This document shows, one piece after another, positions 29,708-39,650 of a stretch of DNA of 64,000 bases. The stretch spans positions 1,623,161 to 1,687,160 of the forward strand of contig CP113000.1 of the NCBI GenBank assembly GCA_026625185.1. Direction: 5' to 3'. The position numbers and the translations under genes are program-made. Numbering within the stretch: position 1 is the stretch's first letter; every line of letters begins with the position of its first letter. The stretch is from Thermodesulfobacteriota bacterium. GTDB taxonomy: Bacteria > Desulfobacterota > WTBG01 > JAGOGO01. Under the pieces are notes generated by a model that saw only the letters and a program-made list of their open reading frames with translations, did no database searches and was not told where the DNA came from.

Positions 29708-29941
29708 ATGACTTTTCGAAGAGGCTTTGCTGCAATTTCATTTTGGCTTGCGTTACCTTTTGGAATAGCCGGTGGTATTTTCATGGCAATTAAGGCAAGG
29801 AACCCCTTTGTGTTTATTCTGGGCTTTATGGTTGGTCTGGTCTTTATTATGGCGGTCTATGTTTTAATTGCCCTTATCCTGGCGCCCGCGGTTAAGATCT
29901 TTTGTGAAAAATTCAAAAGAAAAAAAGAACAAAACACTTAA
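29708..29941 (+). CDS. Small two-TM membrane protein (hypothetical)
   Basis: The 77-aa ORF has two hydrophobic helices and a basic C-terminus. Confidence 0.35.
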   Translation: MTFRRGFAAISFWLALPFGIAGGIFMAIKARNPFVFILGFMVGLVFIMAVYVLIALILAPAVKIFCEKFKRKKEQNT

Positions 29942-30304
29942 GGGATTTAATACGTCTGTGAACCTTTTCCCCCCTATCCCTGTTATTTAAAGTTTTTGCG
30001 TAATATCGCACCTGTCCTTAAAATTCTACGAAATATCAAAGGTATTTTCCTGATACAACTTCCCTTCTGCCTATTATAATCATGATAACTATTTAATATT
30101 GAGGTGTTATTTTTGCACGATTAATTATCAAGGTTCACGGCACAAAATTTGTATTGTCTTATTAAACTGCGATTAATATGAGGGTTCTCTTTCAAATGTC
30201 ATTCCTACATAAGCAGAAATCCAGAACCAAACGAAGTTAAGAGACTCCCACCTTCGAGGGTGTGAGAGAATGGAAATTGATTAGAGGTACCAATGAATTA
30301 ATGA

Positions 30305-32053
30305 ATGAAAGGAAATGGTGATATTATGCCCGATAAAATTTATCGTATTAATATGACCGATTTGAAGGTTACGAATGAAGAAGTACCGGAACAATGGAAA
30401 GGGCTGGGGGGCAGGGGTTTGACTTCCACAATTGTGGCTCAGGAAGTAAAGCCCACCTGTCATCCTTTGGGAAAGTACAATAAGCTGATAATTGCACCGG
30501 GGTTGCTAACCGGAACAGCGGCGGTCAACTCTGGGAGGCTTTCGGCTGGTGCTAAAAGTCCGCTGACCGGGACAATCAAAGAAAGTAATGCTGGTGGAAC
30601 TGCTGCCCAGTTTTTTGCCCGATTGGGCATTAAGGCACTTATTATTGAAGGTCTGCCCCAGAAAGACACCTTTTACAGCCTTCATGTGGATAAGAGCGGA
30701 GTTACGATTCAGGAAGACACGGAATTCGCAGGCAAAGGGAATTATGAAGTAATGCAAATGGTTCAAAAAAAGTACGGAGAAAAGATTGGTATACTATCCA
30801 TCGGACCGGCAGGGGAAATGCGGATGGCCGCAGCCAATATTTCGGTGAAGGATCCTGATGGAACTATTCGCAGCCTGGGGCGGGGAGGACTGGGGGCGGT
30901 CATGGGTTCAAAAAAGATAAAGTTCATTACCATTGATGATACGGATGGCCCCGGTGTCCAGATTGCTGATCCGGAAAAATTCAAAACCGCTTCCCGCACG
31001 TTTGCCAAGGGGGTTATTGCCCATCCGGTGAGCGGCGAATCACTCAAGCTTTACGGCACCGATGTGCTGGTAAACATCTTAAACGAAGCCGGCGGCCTGC
31101 CAACGGAAAATTTCCGCTATGGTCAATTCCCTGGTCATGAAAAAATAAGCGGTGAAACGGTATATGAGACGATCCTGAGCCGGAAAGGCAACCCAAGCCA
31201 TATCTGCCATCGGGGATGTGTCATCAGATGTTCTCAGGTTTACAATGATAAAAATGGCAATTATGTTACTTCGGGCTTTGAATATGAAACGATCTGGGGC
31301 TTTGGCGCCAACTGCAATATAGATGACCTGGATATCATCGCGGAAGCTGATCATGTTATGGACGATGTCGGGGTTGACTCAATAGAAACCGGGGTGGCGA
31401 TGGGCGTTGCCATGGAAGCCGGGATCATTCCCTTTGGCGACGGGGCCGGAGTTCTGAGGTTGTTGAAAGAAATCGGCACTGGTACTCCCCTGGGCAGAAT
31501 TCTCGGCTCCGGGGCTGAAGGAGTCGGGAAAACATATGGTATCACCAGAGTACCGGTGGTGAAGGGCCAGGGGCTTTCCGCCTATGACCCGCGATCAATA
31601 AAAGGTATGGGCATTACCTATGCGACGTCAACCATGGGCAGTGATCATACCGCCGGTTACTGTGTTCCGGTAAACATCCTGAACGTTGGGGGTTTTGTTG
31701 ATCCTCTGAAAAAGGAAGGGCAGGTAGAGCTCTCAAGAAGGCTGCAGATAGGTACTGCATTATTGGATAGCACTGGTCTTTGTCTCTTCGTTGCCTTTTC
31801 TGTCTTAGACAATCTGGACTTATTTCAAGCTATGATGGACATGATAAATGCCAAATATGGTCTCAGCATGACGATCGATAATGGAAGAGCACTGGGTAGA
31901 AAAATCCTTCGCACCGAGCATGAATTCAATTTGGCTGCAGGGTTCACCAACAAGGATGACCGGCTCCCGGAATTTTTCGAGGAACCGGTGCCCCCGCACA
32001 ATGCGGTGTGGGATTTCACTGACGAAGAGATTGATTCATTCTGGAATTTCTGA
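30305..32053 (+). CDS. aor: Aldehyde:ferredoxin oxidoreductase, second paralog (tungsten AOR family)
   Basis: The ORF has the AOR N-terminal signature (YRINMTDLKVT.EEVPE...GGRGLTS) and full AOR length. An alternative start at M8 (30326) is possible. Confidence 0.85.
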   Translation: MKGNGDIMPDKIYRINMTDLKVTNEEVPEQWKGLGGRGLTSTIVAQEVKPTCHPLGKYNKLIIAPGLLTGTAAVNSGRLSAGAKSPLTGTIKESNAGGTAAQFFARLGIKALIIEGLPQKDTFYSLHVDKSGVTIQEDTEFAGKGNYEVMQMVQKKYGEKIGILSIGPAGEMRMAAANISVKDPDGTIRSLGRGGLGAVMGSKKIKFITIDDTDGPGVQIADPEKFKTASRTFAKGVIAHPVSGESLKLYGTDVLVNILNEAGGLPTENFRYGQFPGHEKISGETVYETILSRKGNPSHICHRGCVIRCSQVYNDKNGNYVTSGFEYETIWGFGANCNIDDLDIIAEADHVMDDVGVDSIETGVAMGVAMEAGIIPFGDGAGVLRLLKEIGTGTPLGRILGSGAEGVGKTYGITRVPVVKGQGLSAYDPRSIKGMGITYATSTMGSDHTAGYCVPVNILNVGGFVDPLKKEGQVELSRRLQIGTALLDSTGLCLFVAFSVLDNLDLFQAMMDMINAKYGLSMTIDNGRALGRKILRTEHEFNLAAGFTNKDDRLPEFFEEPVPPHNAVWDFTDEEIDSFWNF

Positions 32054-32093
32054 GAAACGTTTTGGCAGTTCAATTTTCGGAAACAGGTTATTC

Positions 32094-32312
32094 ATGAAGG
32101 TTAAATTATTTGCAGCATTCCGTGACGGAAGATTTAAAGAAAAAGAGTGGGGCTATTTTGACGGTATTACCGTGGGATCTATTCTGGAAGCGCTCAATAT
32201 TAATAAGAAGGAAGCGGGGGTATTATTAGTTAACTCCCGCCATGCAGAAACAAATTATAGACTGGGAAAAGGGGATACCCTTTCTCTTTTTCCGGTCATC
32301 GGGGGTGGATAG
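32094..32312 (+). CDS. moaD: MoaD/ThiS-family ubiquitin-like sulfur carrier (C-terminal GG)
   Basis: The 72-aa ORF runs MKVKLFAAFRD...GDTLSLFPVIGGG, showing the beta-grasp pattern and a terminal Gly-Gly. The ATG at 32094 is in frame within the longer ORF in the track. Confidence 0.65.
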   Translation: MKVKLFAAFRDGRFKEKEWGYFDGITVGSILEALNINKKEAGVLLVNSRHAETNYRLGKGDTLSLFPVIGGG

Positions 32313-32389
32313 AAAGAAATTAGTTATCTGAAATAATAAAGTCTTAAGAATGAAGGTTCTTTAATAACTTTCAGCTCAACGAGGAAGCG

Positions 32390-34711
32390 ATGAAAAAAGG
32401 ATTGTCAAAGATACTAATGCTTAGTGTTGTGTGTTTTGGGGTCTTCTACTTGTGCGCAAACAGCTTTGCAATTACGATTAATGAGGTAAAACCAGGAGAA
32501 GATGTCTTCGCATATATCACCAGAGTCAAAAGGGGCTTTAATCAGACCCTTTATCAGCAGGTGATCGGTGCTTCCAATGCTTTCAAAGAAGGCGATGAAA
32601 CTATTGGGGTGGCGGCCGATGATGAATCGACCCGGCAACATGCCCGGACGCTTTTGGCAAACACGAAGATCAAAGACCTCTATGAGCACCCTCTCCTTGC
32701 CGACGACCTGCAGAAGCTGATCTGGCAAACCACCGATCAGGCCCAGTACAAGAAGGTTAAAGACTGGACCATGGGACAGCTGAAAGAATTTCTTTTAACC
32801 AAACCTGAGGCAGAGATCAAGGGCATCATGCATGGCTTGACCAGTGATGCGATTGGGTGTGTCCCCAAGCTGATGAGCAATGAAGAGTTAATCGCCATTG
32901 ATCAAAAGATATTCAACCCCTTGCCGGGAACCAAGATGGGGGCAAAAGGGTACTTGAGTGCCCGCATACAGCCCAATTCGCCCACTGACAACCCCGATGA
33001 TATTGTCTGGGAGGTGTTTGACGCGTTTTCCTATGCCACTGGCGATATCGTTATCGGAACCAACCCGGTGGACAGTCAGGTAGAGAGTGTAGCCACCGTG
33101 GAGAAAGCGCTCAAGGATGTGGTCGATACTTTCAAGCTTCAGGAGGTCGTTCCCTGGTGTGTGCTTTCCCATATCGATGTCCAGGCAGAGGTTAGTAAGA
33201 AGTATCCGGGAACGGTTGAGACCATGTTCCAGAGCCTCGCCGGAACAGATGATTGCAACAAGACCTTTGATGTCACGGTTGAGAAGATAATGAATTATGC
33301 AAAATCCAAGAAAGGAGAGAGATACGGGCTCTACTTTGAGACCGGTCAGGGCTCTGAATTTACCAACGGCGCGGCCAAAGGGGCTGACATGATGGTGCTG
33401 GAATCCCGGAAGTACGGCTTTAGCCGGGCGGCACAGATGGAACTGGCTAAAGTCCAGCCTCAAGGGGCGTGGCTCCACGTCAATGATGTGGCCGGATTCA
33501 TCGGGCCCGAGGTCTTCAGGACCCGCGAGCAACTTGTGAGATGCTGCCTGGAAGATATCGCCATGGGTAAACTCCACGGATTAACCATTGGTCTTGATAT
33601 TTGTTCAACCCTGCACATGACCGTCAGCCTCGATGATCTCAATTGGTGCCAGGACCAGATCATGCCGGCCAACCCTGCTTACTTGATGAGCCTGCCCACC
33701 AAGAATGACCCCATGTTGAGCTATCTGACCACGTCGTTTCAGGATCATGTCCGCCTGAGGGAAAAATTCGGCCTTAAAGTGAACGATCCCATGTGGGCTT
33801 TCTATAAGCTGATCGGGATTGTGGACAAGAACAACAAGTACACGAAGAATTTTGGCGATCCAATCTGGGTGTACTACCAGTACCGGCTGGCCAAGGGGGA
33901 CAAGCGTTCCAAAGAAGCAATTTATGCTGAAGGAAAGAAGAAGATCAAGGAAGTTGAGGCGAGAGGCGTTGATCTGGCAATCGGTCACGGCAAGGATTTA
34001 TGGGATCTCAATCCGCAACTGGCGGCCAAGGTAAAAACCTACTACGACGATGCCAAGATATCCCTCTGGGCCGAGCTTACTCCTGCCTTTATCAAGACAA
34101 TCCCCAATGCCCTGCAGGTCAGCACCCTGTCCAAGGATCGGGAGGACTATATCCTCCATCCGGCCAGCGGCGAGAAACTGAGCCCGGAATCCGTCTCTGC
34201 CCTTGAAAAGCTCAGGGACTCATGGGCAGGAATGGAGCCGAATGCGCAGATCGTGATTTCCGATGGCCTGAACGCCAAGGCCATTATGGATGATGGGCAT
34301 CTTGCACCTTACCTGGAAGAAATCCGGATGCTGCTGACCAGTGCCGAAGCTGTTGGGAGCGGAAAGACCGCTATTGTGAGCGAAAAGAACATCGTCTTCA
34401 CCAGCGGCAGGGTACGGGCCGGGTATGAGATCGGCTGCATGCTCTTTGGGAAATCAGATCCGAAAAAGCTGAAGGGGATTATTCACATCATCGGGGAGCG
34501 GCCGGGGACCATGCACCATTCCTATTCGGTGTATATCACCGTTGCCAAAGGAGAGGCATGGGCTCAAAAGAAGATTGATCACGATATTACGAAACTCGTA
34601 TGCAACATAGCAGATACAGCCTTACCTCCGAAAGAAGCGGCCAAGGAGACCCTCACCATAATAAGGGAAATGGTTGCGAAGCAGGCTCCTTCCAGCCGAA
34701 GCTCCCAGTGA
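32390..34711 (+). CDS. eutBC: Single-chain ethanolamine ammonia-lyase (EutB heavy + EutC light chain fusion) with N-terminal hydrophobic extension
   Basis: Residues about 30-480 align to EutB (LTSDAIGCVPKLMSN, GTFSARLQPNSPTDNPDD, GDIVIGTNPV, LYFETGQGSE, VAGFIGPE, MGKLHGLTIGLD, NDPMLSYLTTSFQD). Residues about 560-740 align to EutC (QIVISDGLNA...HIIGERPG). A GAGGAAG RBS precedes the start. The first 26 aa (MKKGLSK + ILMLSVVCFGVFYLCANSFA) are signal-peptide-like. Confidence 0.8.
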   Translation: MKKGLSKILMLSVVCFGVFYLCANSFAITINEVKPGEDVFAYITRVKRGFNQTLYQQVIGASNAFKEGDETIGVAADDESTRQHARTLLANTKIKDLYEHPLLADDLQKLIWQTTDQAQYKKVKDWTMGQLKEFLLTKPEAEIKGIMHGLTSDAIGCVPKLMSNEELIAIDQKIFNPLPGTKMGAKGYLSARIQPNSPTDNPDDIVWEVFDAFSYATGDIVIGTNPVDSQVESVATVEKALKDVVDTFKLQEVVPWCVLSHIDVQAEVSKKYPGTVETMFQSLAGTDDCNKTFDVTVEKIMNYAKSKKGERYGLYFETGQGSEFTNGAAKGADMMVLESRKYGFSRAAQMELAKVQPQGAWLHVNDVAGFIGPEVFRTREQLVRCCLEDIAMGKLHGLTIGLDICSTLHMTVSLDDLNWCQDQIMPANPAYLMSLPTKNDPMLSYLTTSFQDHVRLREKFGLKVNDPMWAFYKLIGIVDKNNKYTKNFGDPIWVYYQYRLAKGDKRSKEAIYAEGKKKIKEVEARGVDLAIGHGKDLWDLNPQLAAKVKTYYDDAKISLWAELTPAFIKTIPNALQVSTLSKDREDYILHPASGEKLSPESVSALEKLRDSWAGMEPNAQIVISDGLNAKAIMDDGHLAPYLEEIRMLLTSAEAVGSGKTAIVSEKNIVFTSGRVRAGYEIGCMLFGKSDPKKLKGIIHIIGERPGTMHHSYSVYITVAKGEAWAQKKIDHDITKLVCNIADTALPPKEAAKETLTIIREMVAKQAPSSRSSQ

Positions 34712-34827
34712 GGAGAGCATGTGTTATCGGGTTAAGAAAATGATAGTGATTCTCAATTAAGCTAAATTGCTTACTATGGACACTAAAAATAGGGATCGAA
34801 TTATAGGTCAGGTGAGAGGATCTTAAA

Positions 34828-36723
34828 GTGAATGTTTTAATTTTTCTGATAGTGTTTCCGCTGGTTATCTCAGTGTTGGCGTTAGCACTCCCGCGTGGTC
34901 TTCTTATCAAAAGGATTATTGGGGTGATCGCCAATGTAGTTCTGTGTGCGGTACCAATCTATCTTCTGGTCACGTATCTTGATAAGGGTCCTGCCTATTT
35001 CCACCTTGAGAGCCATCTGATCAATAATTCCATGCTTGTGGTGGAAATTCTCATCGCAGCCTATATAATTTATATTTCCATCCGGGCAAAAAGATACCTT
35101 CCCGTGCTGCTTGTTTTTCTACAATCAGTGATTATGCTTAGTTTCGAGTTTACCTCCGGTAGGGGGATGCAGATTGAGCACAGCCTGTTCGTGGATAAGT
35201 TCTCCATCATCATGGCTTTGATCGTGGGTTGTATCGGAAGCGCCATCTGTCTTTACGCAATCGGATATATCCCGGAATATCACGAACACTACAAGGAGGT
35301 GAAAGCAAGGCCCAGGTATTTCTTTTTCCTCATGTACCTCTTCCTGTCCGCCATGTTTGGCATCGTTTTCTCCAATAACCTCATGTGGATCTATTTCTTC
35401 TGGGAAATTACCACGCTCTGTTCATTTTTGCTGATCGGCTATAAAAACGACCAGGCATCCCAGGAGAGCGCATTCAGAGCACTCATCATGAATCTACTGG
35501 GAGGAGTTGTTTTCGCGGTCGGCCTTGTCTACCTGTACCATTCCTCCCAAGTCATGGAATTAAATAAATTGATTCAGCTCGATAAGGGCTACGTATTAAT
35601 TCCGGCCGTGTGCATTGCCTTTGCCGGCCTGGTAAAATCAGCCCAATTCCCGTTTTCCTCCTGGCTGACGGGCGCCATGGTGGCACCGACACCAGTGTCA
35701 GCGTTGCTGCATTCGAGCACGATGGTAAAAGCGGGGGTCTATATCATCCTGAGAGTGGCCCCGGTGTTAGAGAACACTGTAGCAGCAAAAATGCTCATGC
35801 TCATCGGCGGGGTCAGTTTTCTGATTACCGCTTTCATTGCCATTTCTCAGAGCAATGCCAAAAAGGTGCTCGCCTACTCGACCATTTCCAACCTTGGGTT
35901 GATCGTCGCCTGTGCAGGAATTAATACCTATTCGGCAGTATGGGCAGCGATTCTGCTGATTATTTTTCATGCGGTAGCAAAGTCGCTCCTCTTTCTCTGT
36001 GTGGGGATTATCGAGTACAAGCTTGGCAGCCGTGATATAGAGGATATGGACTATCTGATCATGCGAATGCCCAAGCTCACCGCAATCATGATGACCGGCA
36101 TGGCCGGGATGTTTCTTGCTCCTTTTGGCATGATCATAGGCAAGCTCGCCACGCTGAAAGCATTTGTCGATTCCAATCCGGGGATGGCAATAATTTTAGC
36201 CTATGGAAGCGGGGCCACGGTCTTTTTCTGGATTAAATGGATGGGCAAAATTATTTCCATTAAACATGGCGTCTTTAAGGTCATGGAAGACCGGGTCAGC
36301 CGCTGGGAATGGATTACCCTGGGCATATTGGCCATTTCGACGGTGGCGGCATGCATTGGGTTTCCTCTCATCGCATTCCGCCTGGTGGACCCCTTTATCC
36401 TGGAGGTCTTTGGAAAAACCGTTATCGTTGATCCATTTAGTGTCTATATGATTCTCCTCATGATGGTTGGCCTGTTAATCCTTCTTCCCCTTGGTCTTTT
36501 TTTCTTTGGATTCGTCAATAAAGGATATAAGAGGGTCGGAACCTATCTTGGCGGCGCCAATATTGACGATGTCACTTTTGAAGGGGCCATGGAATCTTCC
36601 CAGACAATTGAGCTCAAGAATTACTATCTGGAAAAATTCTTTGGAGAAAACGTTTTATTCAATGCCGGGGTTTTTATTTCGTTAATATTGTTGGTCATCA
36701 TGTTTGGAGTTGCAATCATATGA
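34828..36723 (+). CDS. echA: Ech hydrogenase subunit A (NuoL/MrpA-like antiporter membrane subunit)
   Basis: The 631-aa polytopic protein of the complex I antiporter-like family starts with GTG behind a GGTGAGAGGA RBS. It is the first gene of a six-gene ech block. Confidence 0.7.
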   Translation: MNVLIFLIVFPLVISVLALALPRGLLIKRIIGVIANVVLCAVPIYLLVTYLDKGPAYFHLESHLINNSMLVVEILIAAYIIYISIRAKRYLPVLLVFLQSVIMLSFEFTSGRGMQIEHSLFVDKFSIIMALIVGCIGSAICLYAIGYIPEYHEHYKEVKARPRYFFFLMYLFLSAMFGIVFSNNLMWIYFFWEITTLCSFLLIGYKNDQASQESAFRALIMNLLGGVVFAVGLVYLYHSSQVMELNKLIQLDKGYVLIPAVCIAFAGLVKSAQFPFSSWLTGAMVAPTPVSALLHSSTMVKAGVYIILRVAPVLENTVAAKMLMLIGGVSFLITAFIAISQSNAKKVLAYSTISNLGLIVACAGINTYSAVWAAILLIIFHAVAKSLLFLCVGIIEYKLGSRDIEDMDYLIMRMPKLTAIMMTGMAGMFLAPFGMIIGKLATLKAFVDSNPGMAIILAYGSGATVFFWIKWMGKIISIKHGVFKVMEDRVSRWEWITLGILAISTVAACIGFPLIAFRLVDPFILEVFGKTVIVDPFSVYMILLMMVGLLILLPLGLFFFGFVNKGYKRVGTYLGGANIDDVTFEGAMESSQTIELKNYYLEKFFGENVLFNAGVFISLILLVIMFGVAII

Positions 36724-37601
36724 ACAGTATTTCTGAGATCATCCAATCCTGGAGTATCATTGAAAGGATGCTGGCCTTTTTCCTGCTTGCGCCCATTGCG
36801 GGTGGCGTACTGGCCGGTATTGACCGGAAATTGAGCGCACGGTTGCAGGGCAGATATGGCCCCCCGGTGAGGCAGCCTTTTTTTGATGTTCTAAAACTTT
36901 TCCAAAAAGAGCGGATCCTCGTTAACAAATTTCAGAACTTTCCGATAGTGCTCTTTTTTCTGTTTACGGTTTTTTCCGGCGCTCTTTTCTTTTCCGGTGC
37001 GAGTATCCTTTTGGCAATCTTCAGTTTAGCCCTGGCCGGAACTTTTTTTATCCTGGGTGGATTTTCGGTCAGTTCCCCGTATAGCCACCTTGGCGCTGAG
37101 CGCGAATTGATTCAGATGATGTCATACGAACCCATGGTCATTCTTGTGGCGGTCGGCATGTACCAGGTGACGGGAAGCTTTACGGTTGCGGACATTGTCC
37201 AACACCAGGCGTCGCTGATTCTTTACCTTCCCGGGGTGTTCGCGGGCTTTGTTTATATCCTCACCATTAAGTTCCGAAAATCTCCTTTTGACCTTTCCAT
37301 GTCTCATCATGCGCACCAGGAACTGGTGAGGGGGATCACTACCGAATTTTCCGGTCCTGCCCTGGGCCTCATAGAGATTACTCATTGGTATGAAAATGTG
37401 CTTCTCTTGGGCATGGTATACCTCTTTTTTGCCTTTAATCCCTGGCTGGCCATCGTTGCGTCACTGGGAACGTATTTGTTTGAAATTATTATTGATATGA
37501 ATTATGCCCGATTTAAGTGGCAGCTTACGTTCTGGAGTTCATGGTTGTTTACGGCTGTGGCCGGGGTTTCAAATATTATTGTGCTTTGTTTTTTGAAATG
37601 A
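36720..37601 (+). CDS. echB: Ech hydrogenase subunit B (NuoH/HycD-like membrane subunit)
   Basis: The ORF has the NuoH-family motif (GGVLAGIDRKLSARLQGRYGPP) and its start overlaps the echA stop. Confidence 0.8.
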   Translation: MNSISEIIQSWSIIERMLAFFLLAPIAGGVLAGIDRKLSARLQGRYGPPVRQPFFDVLKLFQKERILVNKFQNFPIVLFFLFTVFSGALFFSGASILLAIFSLALAGTFFILGGFSVSSPYSHLGAERELIQMMSYEPMVILVAVGMYQVTGSFTVADIVQHQASLILYLPGVFAGFVYILTIKFRKSPFDLSMSHHAHQELVRGITTEFSGPALGLIEITHWYENVLLLGMVYLFFAFNPWLAIVASLGTYLFEIIIDMNYARFKWQLTFWSSWLFTAVAGVSNIIVLCFLK

Positions 37602-37619
37602 CTTGGGAGAACAAAAAAC

Positions 37620-38105
37620 ATGGGTTGGTTTAAAAAATCGCCGTGGCTTCTTCATTATAACGCGACCAGCTGTAACGGGTGCGATATTGAGATTATTGCC
37701 TGCCTGACCCCTTTGTACGATCTGGAGCGGTTTGGTATTATCAACACCGGAAACCCAAAACACGCTGACATCCTGGCGGTCACCGGGTCGGTCAATGAGA
37801 AGAGCAAGCAGATTCTGAAAAATCTTTATGATCAAATGCCGAATCCCAAGGTAGTCGTGGCGGTAGGCCTTTGCGCCATTTCCGGATGCGTTTTTCAGGA
37901 CTGCTACAATGTGCTGGGAGGAGCCGACAAGGTGTTGCCGGTAGATGTGTATGTTCCGGGATGTTCTGCGCGGCCGGAATCGATTATCGACGGAGTACTT
38001 CAGGCGTGTGAGATTCTTGAAGAGAAATACGCCCAGCAGAAAAAAGCAAAGCAATCATCACCAAAATCACAAACAAATCAACGGCAAGGTTTTAACCATG
38101 AGTGA
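37620..38105 (+). CDS. echC: Ech hydrogenase small subunit (NuoB-like, proximal [4Fe-4S])
   Basis: The Cys ligand pattern CNGC...GxCAxxGC...PGC fits the NuoB/HycG family. Confidence 0.85.
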   Translation: MGWFKKSPWLLHYNATSCNGCDIEIIACLTPLYDLERFGIINTGNPKHADILAVTGSVNEKSKQILKNLYDQMPNPKVVVAVGLCAISGCVFQDCYNVLGGADKVLPVDVYVPGCSARPESIIDGVLQACEILEEKYAQQKKAKQSSPKSQTNQRQGFNHE

Positions 38106-38544
38106 ACCGCAGGAAATCATTCTTATCGAAAAAAATAATTTACTGGGAATTGTGTCTGACCTCTTTGCAGAGGGCTACCGACTTGTGCAGATCGGCTGCA
38201 CCACACTCCAGAGCGCCTATGAACTTAACTATTCTTTTGATAAAGAGTACCATTTTAAAAATCTGCGGTTTACCGTGGCACCGGAAGAAGAGATCCAAAG
38301 CATCAGCGTTATCTATCCAAATGCCTTTCTGTATGAAAATGAAATTCATGACCTTTTTGGCCTTACCATCAAAAACATAACCATTGACTACCAGGGGAAG
38401 CTTTACCGAACTGCCCTTAAGGTTCCTTTTAGCATTGAGAATTGTCCGGTGCCCGAGCCCCCAAAACCAAAGAAAGAAACTCCTCCAGAACCGCCGGAAA
38501 GCCAAAAACAAAATTCGGCAGACACTAAACCGCAAGAGGATTAA
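38098..38544 (+). CDS. echD: Ech hydrogenase subunit D (NuoC-like)
   Basis: The ORF has the NuoC 30-kDa family core and a Pro/Lys-rich C-terminus. Its ATG overlaps the echC stop (ATGAGTGA). Confidence 0.7.
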   Translation: MSEPQEIILIEKNNLLGIVSDLFAEGYRLVQIGCTTLQSAYELNYSFDKEYHFKNLRFTVAPEEEIQSISVIYPNAFLYENEIHDLFGLTIKNITIDYQGKLYRTALKVPFSIENCPVPEPPKPKKETPPEPPESQKQNSADTKPQED

Positions 38545-38558
38545 AGGAGTAAACGTCT

Positions 38559-39638
38559 ATGGCGCATAAGAATATCATCCCTTTTGGTCCCCAACATCCC
38601 GTACTTCCGGAACCGATCCATTTTGATCTCGTAACTGAAGATGAAAAGATTGTTGATGCTATCCCTTCGATAAGTTACGTCCACCGCGGGCTGGAACGAC
38701 TTGTAGAAAAAAGAGATTTTATTGATTTCGTGCATATTGCCGACCGGATTTGCGGCCTGTGCAGCTTTATGCACTGTATGGGATATTGCCAGGCAGTGGA
38801 AGAGGTTATGGGTATCCAGGTGCCGGAACGTGCTCTGTACCTCAGATCCATATGGGCGGAGCTGGCGCGGATACATAGTCATATCTTCTGGCTCGGTGTT
38901 TCTGCCGACGCTTTTGGTTATGAAAGCCTTTTTATGCAATCCTTGCGTCTCCGGGAATTGGTGCTTGATATCATTGAAGAAACCACCGGCGGAAGGGTCA
39001 TCTTTGGCTCCTGCAAGGTGGGTGGGGTGAGGAGAGACATCGATAGCGAAACTTTAAAGGGGCTTGTTGCTAGGTTGACAAATATGAAAGCCGATTTGGA
39101 TGAACTCACTTCCGTCTTTATTAATGATTATTCCATTCAGCACCGATTGGTGGGGGTAGGATTTTTTTCCAAAGAAGATGCCTATACTCTTGGGTGTGTT
39201 GGCCCCATGGCCCGGGCGAGCGGTTTCGCTCTTGACATGCGAACTCTTGGGTATGCTGCCTATAAGTTCCTGGAGATAGAACCGGTCGTGGAATACGGGG
39301 GAGACTGTTATGCCCGATGCCTCGTGCGAATTCGGGAAATTTTCCAATCCATGGATTTAATCCGTCAGGCAGCCGGAAAAATTTCCGAAGGGCCTATTGA
39401 TGTCAAGGTGAAGGGCACGCCGAATGGCGAGTATTTTTCCCGGGTCGAACAGCCTCGGGGTGAAGTGATTCATTACGTCAAAGGGAATGGTTCAAAATTT
39501 CTCCAGCGGTTCCGGGTGAGAGTCCCAACATTCACCAATATCCCAGGGATGATCAAAGTATTGAAAGGTTCTCAGGTGGCTGATGTCCCGAATATTATTT
39601 TGACCTTGGATCCGTGTATCAGCTGCACAGAAAGGTAA
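38559..39638 (+). CDS. echE: Ech hydrogenase large subunit (group 4 [NiFe] catalytic subunit, NuoD-like)
   Basis: The NiFe-binding N-terminal RICGLCS and C-terminal DPCISCTER motifs are present. At 359 aa it matches known EchE length. Confidence 0.85.
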   Translation: MAHKNIIPFGPQHPVLPEPIHFDLVTEDEKIVDAIPSISYVHRGLERLVEKRDFIDFVHIADRICGLCSFMHCMGYCQAVEEVMGIQVPERALYLRSIWAELARIHSHIFWLGVSADAFGYESLFMQSLRLRELVLDIIEETTGGRVIFGSCKVGGVRRDIDSETLKGLVARLTNMKADLDELTSVFINDYSIQHRLVGVGFFSKEDAYTLGCVGPMARASGFALDMRTLGYAAYKFLEIEPVVEYGGDCYARCLVRIREIFQSMDLIRQAAGKISEGPIDVKVKGTPNGEYFSRVEQPRGEVIHYVKGNGSKFLQRFRVRVPTFTNIPGMIKVLKGSQVADVPNIILTLDPCISCTER

Positions 39639-39650
39639 GGCAATAAGAAC

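Noticed and set aside
30135-30152. Possible sigma-54 promoter CGGCAC-N-TTGT upstream of the second AOR
   Set aside because: The -12 element is GT rather than the conserved GC and the -24 is CGGCAC. This is too weak compared with the near-consensus site upstream of mlaE.
38140-38535. 131-aa minus-strand ORF overlapping echD, and other small ORFs overlapping ech genes
   Set aside because: They lie antisense within a well-supported, tightly coupled operon.
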